Shown: piece by piece, positions 54,600 to 64,000 of the stretch
Layout: every line of letters begins with the position of its first letter
Numbering within the stretch: the stretch's first letter is position 1
Assembly (NCBI GenBank): GCA_963693365.1
Contig: CAVNZM010000008.1
Coordinates: 10,128,672 to 10,192,671, forward strand
Direction: 5' to 3'
DNA from: Amoebidium appalachense
Lineage: Eukaryota; Protista; Ichthyosporea
Length of the DNA: 64,000 nucleotides
Notes under the pieces: model-generated
Told to the model about the DNA's origin: nothing
The model's database searches: none
What the model saw: only the letters and a program-made list of their open reading frames with translations
Program-made: the position numbers and the translations under genes

Positions 54600-57500
54600 G
54601 CACACATATGACGCACACACACTCACACATACACACTCAAACACAAACATTGGGTACAGTAAGAAACACGAGGATAGGCATAGACACGTATGCCTACACT
54701 AGTTAGTATGCCCCTATTAGCCTGCTCGGACACACACAACACATAAACACGAACACAGAACAATACACATGGAACATACATCTTACTTTAGTAACATTTT
54801 TGTCCTGAATACCCTATTTTGCATTTGGGCGCAAATCACACAGCTTGTGGTTCTAAGCTCGCAGTGCTGAAACTTCACCTTAAAGGTGCCTTATTTGTGT
54901 GCACAACTGAAAAAGGAAGTATGTGTGGACCCTTGAGCAAAGCAGAATCTCTCTGTAAACGTTGACAACAACATAGGTACCGCTTATCTTGCTGTTTTTT
55001 CGGGTCCCCCCCCCCCCCCCAAAAAAAAAAAAAAAAAAGAAAAGAAAAAAGTTCTGACATCCGCACGCACGCGCGCGCACACACACACACAGACACACAC
55101 ACACACAGACCGTGAACAATCATTACGGCCCTGTTTGGGCCCCTTAACCGCACCATCATGCTAACCTCCCACGCTCCACATAGGCCGACCAAGCAGACCA
55201 CAGACACCCGACAGCCCACCCCACCGCACAAAACGAATCCGCGGCCACATTCCCGAATCTCCAGACGCGCCCCCGCCACCCATTCACACAGGGCAACTTC
55301 AACACCCATCATCATTCGGCCCCCCCGTGGCATATTCACCCAGTGGCCAACCCTACGGCATGCAACCCCACCACTCGCAAACTGAGCAGTGGCATGATTC
55401 AAGCCCAGCCAGTCAGCCGCCGGTAATTTTAGGCCAGGCGGTGATGGTTCCCCACCCAGGGCTGGCTGCGGGGGGGCTCGTGAGGCACCGGCGCGCAAGT
55501 CAGGCGGTATCGCAGGGGGATGCGGAGAGGGAGAGAGGGGCGCAAGGGGAGGGAGAGAAGCAGGAGAGCCCACAAAGGCAACAAGCAAGGAGAGAGGGTG
55601 GGTCACGGAGACAGAGTCTGGCTGGAGCCGGGCTGGGGGATAGGCCGGTGTCTCTCCCACAGGGACAGTTACGTGCACAGCAACTTCATGGGGTGAGAGC
55701 GTGGGGAGACGATCTAGAGGAGGGAGAGAGACAGGGAGAGACAAAGGCGGGTGAGCGGTGCAGTTGCGGGGGGCGGGGGCGGAGGGGGGGATGCGGGGAC
55801 ACAGGGAGGGGAGGAGGATAGGAGGGTGAAGGAGGAGATACGTGCGGAACTGCAGGGCCATGGGATGGTTCATGGGGAAGGCCCGAGGTTTTTGTGGAGA
55901 CCCCACCAACCGTAAGTGTTTGTGTGTATGTGTGTGTTTGTAGCTTTTTCGCGCACTTAGGTGTTGAATATGAGTTAGTTATAAGTCATTTGATGTGAAT
56001 TTTGTGGTTTTATTTTTGTTTTTTGGGCAGGTTATTGGGGTGTGTTTTTGAGGTTAAGAGTTTGCTGGTTGGTTGGTTCGGGCAATAATTGTTTGTGTGT
56101 CTGACGAAGTGTTGAAATAGTGTATATGTTTTGCTCCACTAGTTTTTCCATTAGCTTATGTGCATATTGGTATGGGGTGCTTTATTCGATTGCTCTTTCC
56201 CAATCATCATCACACCACATTATAATACACATCCACACACAACATAAATGACAAATTGCCACACTGGAATATTGACCGATTGATCATTTTGTTGCTACTA
56301 GTGTATGTAACAAGGCCGCTTTTGTATTTTCATTCATTATACCAAACCAAATCACTATCGGCGCCCATACACAGACTACTGCCCACACCACACACCACAA
56401 ACGCGCGCACACACACAAAACATACACACACACACACACACACACACATGCTATTTAGTCTTTTCCAGTGCACATCTAGTGCAGATTAGTTACCGCACAC
56501 ACGCAACAGGGCACATGGTGCACATGTTTCCCTCGTCCCGAGGTTTTCCATGTCAGTTTATAAAGTCTGCAACTTCTATCACACTGTTGTTCATACTTAC
56601 GGCTTCAACGTGTTTAGCTTTGTTCGTTGACTTTTTAAACTAAGCATTTGTTCACCGAGTTTTATTTCACCAGTAGAATAGGCAAAGTGTTGCATGTGGT
56701 ATTTGTTTTGTTAAACCCTTGCACGGGTAGGGTCTAGCTCAAATTTCTGGGTGGTAACATGAAATTCCCCAGGCTAGTAGTGAGCCTCTTTCGGGGCTAC
56801 AGTAGGTGGGATTGTAGGATTTGGCACGTGGTCATATCTGGATACTCGTGATATAAATGACTGATGATGCATCTAAGACCATGTGTTTGTATTGCCCCAA
56901 ATCCAATACTTGGGTGCAAAGTTTACCCCAAGATATTCGATCATGCTTGGACCTCCCCCCCCCCCCCCCCACACACACACACACACACACTCACTCACTC
57001 ACTCACTCACTCACTCACTCACTCACTCAAACACACACACACACACACACCACCACCACCACCACCACTGCCTTCCGTGGAGATGTGGGAGAATCCGGAC
57101 AAAACTTTCCCTCACCTCCGTGGACCCCCGCCCCCCCTCCCCTTCCCCATGCGTGATTCGAAAAATCCCCCCGTGAAAGTATCACACCGTCCAAACGATC
57201 CGAATTCCCTCCACCCCCCCCCCCCCCCTTTTTGCACACATACACGAGACAACCCTAGCTGACTATTCATCCTCAGCCCCTCTCTTCCCTCCCCCCCCCC
57301 CCCCCCCAACCAACCAACCAACCAACCACAACTCACCCCGACCCACTCCACCGGTAATTTGTGAGGATGGCCGAAGTCTCAAACCATGCTAATTAGTAGG
57401 GGATTACACGCTCTTTATTGCTACGGACATTGTCTCTGAGGCCTGGGCTCCCGGCCTAAAGGCCTGACTATGCGCAGCGTTTTCCAGCGCAGCCAATCAG

Positions 57501-57692
57501 ATGTAGCCAGTGACGTATGCTTATATGGCAAGCAACAATCATCACGTGCACTGCGTAATTACTTGGCCGAGGCTTAGTTAGCATGCACAGAGGTAGCTCT
57601 GGTAGGAGATTCAATTTAGGCACCGTATCACAATAATATCCTGCATGCTGTGCACTGAGGATCAGTGCACTTCATTGAACCCCCGCCACCCC

Positions 57693-57723
<31 letters not shown>

Positions 57724-57851
57724 ACATACAGTCCCCCCATGCGTGATTCAAAACATCCCCCCATAAAGTGTCAAACCATGCAAACGATCTCCCGCCCCCC
57801 CTAGGCCTTTTCAAAACACATGCACGCGCGCACACACACACACATACACGA

Positions 57852-57899
<48 letters not shown>

Positions 57900-58034
57900 A
57901 CAAACACACATGCATATGTTCACGCACCGTGACACGAGACACCCCTTAAGCTTGCTGATTATTTCGGAGTCCTCAGCACTGACAACCCCTCTCTTCCTCT
58001 CTCTCTTCCCTCCGGCCTCTGTAACAGCCTCCCT

Positions 58035-58065
<31 letters not shown>

Positions 58066-58438
58066 CGTGTTCTCCCATTAGGAAATCATTGGCGCAAAAG
58101 TTTTATGAGCCGCACCCTTCGACCAATCCGTGAGCACTTCACGTGGGCCACATGGACATGTACTGTCATACTATGAATTTTCAAAGTACAAAAAGTAGTG
58201 TCACAGTGGTTAGATACCCCCATGTTTTATCGGCCCTTTACTACACGGCCATTATGTAGGCTAGAACCAAAGCTAGACGGACAATACCAATCAAACAAAC
58301 GGTATAAACGTCGAACCGAAACAAAGCAAAACAAAACCGGCAATAATTGTTGAGGGGGGGGGGGAAGGGAAAAAAAGGTGATCTAGACTGTGGTATATTG
58401 GGGCTGACTCAGGTTTGTATCATATCCTCGGCCGCCAG

Positions 58439-58485
<47 letters not shown>

Positions 58486-58559
58486 AAAATAATCTTCCCA
58501 CCTCCCCTTCAGCCCAGAAAAAGGTTCCACGGTACATTGGGGGACATGGGGAGAAGGGG

Positions 58560-58591
<32 letters not shown>

Positions 58592-58952
58592 AATGCACGC
58601 GTGGGGCGGCCGTGCATGCATGACCGTCCCTGCTGCTACGCTATGCCGCCTGTACATGTACACCGTGGGCTAGAGTGTAGGCAGGCCCATGCACATTCTG
58701 CCGTGGCATGGTCAATTGCTGGCAGATTGTGAAATCTTGAAACTGTGTCCGATAGAACCCACAATCACACACGATGGCGTGTGCTTGCTTTGTTATGTTT
58801 TTGGCTACGTATCACGTGTATACATAGAAGTGATCTCACTTTTCAACCCGTTTCGAAAGTGTTGTTTTAGTTTGCTTTTGGGTTTCATTAAAGCCTTTTA
58901 TGATGATCATTGATTTACGTTGGGCCATGGCTTGGGTTTGTTATAGTTCCAA

Positions 58953-59020
<68 letters not shown>

Positions 59021-59257
59021 ATGTATGCACACACGCGTGCGCACAAACACACACACATATATAAACACGCATTGTACACACAGAAAAACACAAAATACAC
59101 TTGAAACATACCGTGCTGCAGACACATACGGCCCCCTCACCCTCTCTCCTCCGGCCAGCCCTTTTCCACTTCTCCCCACACATGGACACACTGCGCCTCA
59201 GTCACTCATCCCCAAAATTGTCCCTCGGCGACGGTGCCCCCCCCGCCCGGGGGAGAG

Positions 59258-59291
<34 letters not shown>

Positions 59292-59622
59292 TCATGATAT
59301 TAGCACGCCGTCACACGGGCTGAACTGCATCTATAACAAATTTTAGCGTGTATTGGCTTTTTGGTTTCCCTTCGGCCTGGCTGTCAATTCTCGCTTCTGA
59401 GTGATTTGTTTGCGCGCCGGCCAGACATTAACACACCTCAGTGACACACAAGCACACCTACACATACATGTAGACATCCGCGCCCACCCACACACTACGT
59501 GACACACACACACGCACACACACACACACACACACACAGGCACACACACACATACACACTTCCCGTTTTAAAGCACGAACACAAATTCCACCATACACAC
59601 ACAGTATTAAGGTGTTGGCCTT

Positions 59623-60116
59623 AGAGCCCAACCACATCAGCAGAGTCAACTTGCAAATGCAGAATTATTCTGCAAAAGCGGAATTATTCTGCAAAAAGCA
59701 GAATTATTCTGCAAAAAGCAGAATTATGCTGCAAAAGCAGATCACTCTGCTTTTAGCAGAATTATTCTGCATGCAAAAGCAGATCACTCTGCTTTTAGCA
59801 GAATTATTCTGCAAAATGCAGAACTATTCCGCAAAAGCAGAACCACTACCCTAAAAGCAGAATTATTCTGCATAATTTATTCCGCAGAAAGCAGAATAAT
59901 TCAGAAAGCAGAATTATTCTGCTTTCGACAGCAGAATAATTCTGCTTTTAGCAGAATAATTCTACTATTGTTAGCAGAATGATTCCGCTAAAAGCAGAAT
60001 AATTCTGCTTTTAGCAGATTGATACCAGAATAATTCTGCTTTTTGCAGAATAATTCTGCTTTTTACAGAATAATTCTGCTCGGAGCAAGGTGACTCAGCC
60101 GATGTGGTTGGGCCCT
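59623..60116 (+). mobile_element. Foldback MITE, copy 3
   Basis: TIRs agagcccaaccacatcagcagagtca / tgactcagccgatgtggttgggccct; flanks ggcctt / gcactt. Confidence 0.85.
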
Positions 60117-61113
60117 GCACTTATCCGAGGGCGCGGCGTGGGCCCATTAATATGCGTCAGTTACACTCCCTCTAGCCTGTGGCACATGCACGCGCACGCA
60201 CACACACACATGTACACAAACACACACAAACACACACTAACTTATCTGATTCGCTTTTCAAGTCGGAAATTGATTGACAACGTTCGTTCGTTCTTTAAAG
60301 CTTTATCTGCTGCACTCAAATTTTGCAGGCAGAGGTCACAGCCCCTCCTTCCCCCCCCTCCCCCCCCCTCCCCCCCCCCCCCCCCCCTCTCTCCCTCCCT
60401 CCTTCCTCCCCCTATCCGTTTATCTTATATTCCCCACAGTCTCGGTAGCCTCCAGAAACCTTAATTTTCTTTTAAGATTTCAATTTCTAGGGCAAAAGTT
60501 TATCTTATAGGTTATCTCAGTAGACACGCAGTCAGGCTGGCGCACCGGCATGCACGCATACAGCAGCACTGTGCCACAGTCATTGCTACTACCACAACCA
60601 CTATTCATCGGATCCGCATAGTACCATAAGTTCCCAAGTTAAACCACTTACTAAAGCTGTACCGTCTTCCCCCCCCCCCCCCCCCCCCCCCCCTCCCCGC
60701 CCCCCCCGGCGCCCCTTCCCCCAGCAGAGCCCCTGCCGCACCTACCCAAACGAACTCAGTGTCACCACTGAGCTAGCATAAAATTCAATTTGCGTGCCTA
60801 GTAGTACTGTAAGCCCTTAAAAGAAGTAGCATTTTAATTGCAGACATCTCATGGAGGTCACGGTATTCGGCCGGTCTAGGCTGCAAGACACTGCATGGCA
60901 TTGTCATAGACATGCGCCATGTGAGACCGAGTCTCCTGAGATTATCATCCGGCACTGACTGATAAACAATGCTTCAGAAGTTGCGTGCAGGGTATTTCTA
61001 GGTCTCTTGTCGTGCTAACATTAGGTATTGATCTAGAATTGTCCAGGTGGGAGAGTACTGGACCACGCCGTGGCTGAAGTTTTGCGACCCTTGGAGCCTA
61101 AAGGAGAGGGCCC

Positions 61114-61146
<33 letters not shown>

Positions 61147-61654
61147 GGCTCTAGCACAGCAAGGTGACACACATACACCGTACACACACACACACACACA
61201 CACACATACACCTTCCAAGCACGTGAGAGAAAGAGGGAGAGGGAGAGAGGAAGAGAGACCGACTATCTCGCGAGAAAGAGCTTGAAGAGCCTGAGAGAGG
61301 AAGAGACTGAGACGAATTTCAGAGAGAGAGGGGGGGAGAGAGGGGAAGAGAGAGCCTCGAGGGGGGGGGGGGGGGGGGGAGGGGGGGGGGGAGATATAGA
61401 GAGACTCGGAGACAGAGAGAGAGAGTCTCAGACTGGAGAGAGAGCGTGCGCTTTAGAGAGAGGGAGGGAGAGAGGGGAGGGAGTGGGGGGGGAGGGAGAG
61501 AGGGGGAAGAGAGAGAGAGAGAGAGAGAGAGTCTCGGAGCCTCGGAGGGAGAGGGGGAGAGAGAGAGGGAGGGGGAGAGGGAGAGAGAGAGAGGCCGAGG
61601 AGGGAGAGAAGGGGGGGGGTGGGGGGAGGGGAGGGAGAGTCTGAGAGAGGGAGG

Positions 61655-61719
<65 letters not shown>

Positions 61720-61795
61720 CGAGAGCGAGGGAGAGCGGGAGAGAGGGAGAGAGGGAGAGGGGAGGGGGGGGGGGGGGGGAGAGAGAGAGAGGGGG

Positions 61796-61974
<179 letters not shown>

Positions 61975-62400
61975 CTGCGAGACACACAGAGAGAGGGAAA
62001 GACCGTCTAGCAGCTAGAGATCCTCATACTGCCGTCAGCCTCGGTGGGCGTCAATACCCACGTGCCCCCACTGGTTTCGAGCACTCCTATCCGATCTCCT
62101 TAACATCGATCCTCGCGAGACATTTAGCGTTAATTTTTGGTAGCAACTGTTGAAAAACTATCAGGGCAGTAAATACACATAAGAACACCGTGGAGAATGT
62201 ACAGTACTACTCCAGTGTCAACTGTTCCGGGTAGTGGCTTTGAAAGATTTCCAGATAATGGCGCGAGCATCGACGACAATCACCGTTAGAATAAAAGGAA
62301 TATCTAGCCTCTGCCAAAAGCACTAAGTAATGGCTTGCGCGGAAGGCCACAAAACGGGTGCCAGGTGTGAAATGTTATGTGTTATTGGTTACTTTGTTCT

Positions 62401-62463
<63 letters not shown>

Positions 62464-62869
62464 GCCTTCCCTCTAACTCTCCTCCCTCTCCGATGCCCTC
62501 CACCGTCTCTCTCGATCTCGCGAGTCGCTTACCGTATGATACTGCTCGTCTAGAAACTCTCGGACCTGATCCCCCGACTGCAACTCGGATTGGACTAGTC
62601 ATGTGACCTGGTGACTTTGAGATCACACCCCACCAAACCCTCCGATCCGATCGCGATCGATCTATTTCCCACTTCCCACTTTTCCCACTTAAAATCGAAA
62701 AAGAGAAAAAAAAAGAGATAAAACAAGCGATACAGCATTACCCACTTCTAAGTGGGAAAGTGGCCAATGACAACAAACACATATCGATTTAAACCTAAAA
62801 CGCGATAACATAGTGTCACACTAAGGATCAGGCCGGGGAACGGGGAACGGGGGACGGGAAGCAAAACGT

Positions 62870-63081
62870 CTAAGTATGGACACTGGCACAGAGAGACAGA
62901 GAGCAAAAAGTCTAAGTCTACACGCGAGACAGAGAGCAAAAAGTCTAAGTCTACACGCGAGACAGAGAGCAAAAAGTCTAAGTCTACACGCGAGACAGAG
63001 AGCAAAAAGTCTAAGTATGGACACTGGCACAGAGAGAGACAGAGAGCAAAAAGTCGCAAAAAGTCTAAGTCTTGAGTCTTG
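62870..63081. repeat. Tandem array of 33/42-bp units (A-B-B-B-A')
   Basis: Constant core gagacagagagcaaaaagtctaagt with two alternative inserts. Confidence 0.9.
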
Positions 63082-63086
63082 ACCCG

Positions 63087-63340
63087 GGCAGGTGAGGCAC
63101 GTGAGGCAGGGGGGCAGGGGGGGGGGGGGGGCACGTGAGGCAGGGGGGCAGGGGGGGGGGGGGGGGCAGGTGAGGCAGGTGAGGCACGTGGGGCACGTGG
63201 GGCACGTGGGGCAGGTGAGGCACGTGGGGCAGGTGAGGCAGGGGGGCAGGGGGGGGGGGGGCACGTGGGGCAGGTGAGGCAGGTGAGGCACGCGAGGCAG
63301 GTGAGGCAGGGGGGGCACGCGAGGCAGGGGGGGGGGGGGG
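63087..63340. repeat. 10-bp G-rich minisatellite (ggcaggtgag / ggcacgtggg) interrupted by G-runs
   Basis: Direct inspection. Confidence 0.9.
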
Positions 63341-63502
63341 TATTTTCCAAAAACAGGGATCTGTATATACTTCACGGGGGTTTATTTTAGCATACAATAT
63401 GGGTATAACAATTCCCAACCCACATATTCTGATCAGCATCAACAATCTAAATTCGAGCATATAAATTCCAAAAGGTGAGTGTCGATTTTTTCTATATACA
63501 GG

Positions 63503-64000
63503 TCATTCATCCTCGGTATGATCGGATTGTACATTCATATTTGGACGGAAAAGGAGAGAGGGACGAGATGTGTTATGGTACACAACCAGAGATACACCAT
63601 TGTCGTCATCACCACTATTTTCACTTTCACTTTCACTTTCACTCTCGTCGTCTGACTCGCAATAGGCCAACGTACGCACACGTTCCAAACGCACATGTTC
63701 CTCCAAAGACTCCATCTCTACATACAAAGCAAGCGCATCACCACCACCACCACCACCCAAATCGTCACGACTACTCTTACGTCTTTTGACGGAGTCGCCA
63801 GAACCGCGTCGGCGAGGCAGACCACAACCAAAATGACACTCTTTCGGCTCGACGTTGTGATATCGCTTCAGACGCTGTTCGTTGTTGTACACGTCGCTTG
63901 TGAGTTTGGATTTCTGTGCCTGTAGCACTTTAATCTGACGAGAAAGGGCCCCAATCTCGTCCTTCTTCTGGGCATTCACGGCGGAGGTAGCGGCATACAA
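63503..64000 (-). CDS. 3' part of a hypothetical protein (coiled coil, basic stretch, acidic ES repeat), running off the window
   Basis: Open frame of at least 165 aa in non-repetitive sequence. Confidence 0.5.
   Translation of the reverse strand: MYAATSAVNAQKKDEIGALSRQIKVLQAQKSKLTSDVYNNEQRLKRYHNVEPKECHFGCGLPRRRGSGDSVKRRKSSRDDLGGGGGGDALALYVEMESLEEHVRLERVRTLAYCESDDESESESESENSGDDDNGVSLVVYHNTSRPSLLFRPNMNVQSDHTEDE

Noticed and set aside
54875-55909. 344-aa minus ORF and overlapping plus ORFs
   Set aside because: Low-complexity Pro/Gly/Val composition; no domain or consistent splice model could be supported.
62870-63081. CRISPR-like array
   Set aside because: The spacers are short and repeat (two types only), there are no cas genes, and the context is eukaryotic; it is a minisatellite.

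Overview
Eukaryotic genomic DNA with GT-AG introns, extreme microsatellite content ((CA)n, (CT)n, (TA)n) and long poly-C/G runs. It looks like a microbial eukaryote, but the taxon cannot be fixed from this window. Most ORF-track entries are low-complexity artefacts. Host genes I can support: a TMEM43-family gene with a frameshift and an internal stop; an inverted pair of near-identical secreted Cys-repeat genes; a CCHC zinc-knuckle gene; a small pre-pro Cys-rich secreted peptide; two divergently oriented six-exon BAP31/BAP29-like paralogs; and a bZIP-like gene. Mobile DNA: a ~2.7 kb DIRS-type RT-RNaseH-methyltransferase unit between 142-bp structured direct repeats with no gag or tyrosine recombinase; a decayed LINE; a young 8.3 kb chromodomain Gypsy LTR element with a broken pol; three copies of a foldback MITE with 6-bp TSDs and an internal palindromic satellite; and other hairpin elements. 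The right end holds repeat arrays beside an intronless ORF, possibly the terminus of a large DNA element. All coordinates and alignments were made by eye.
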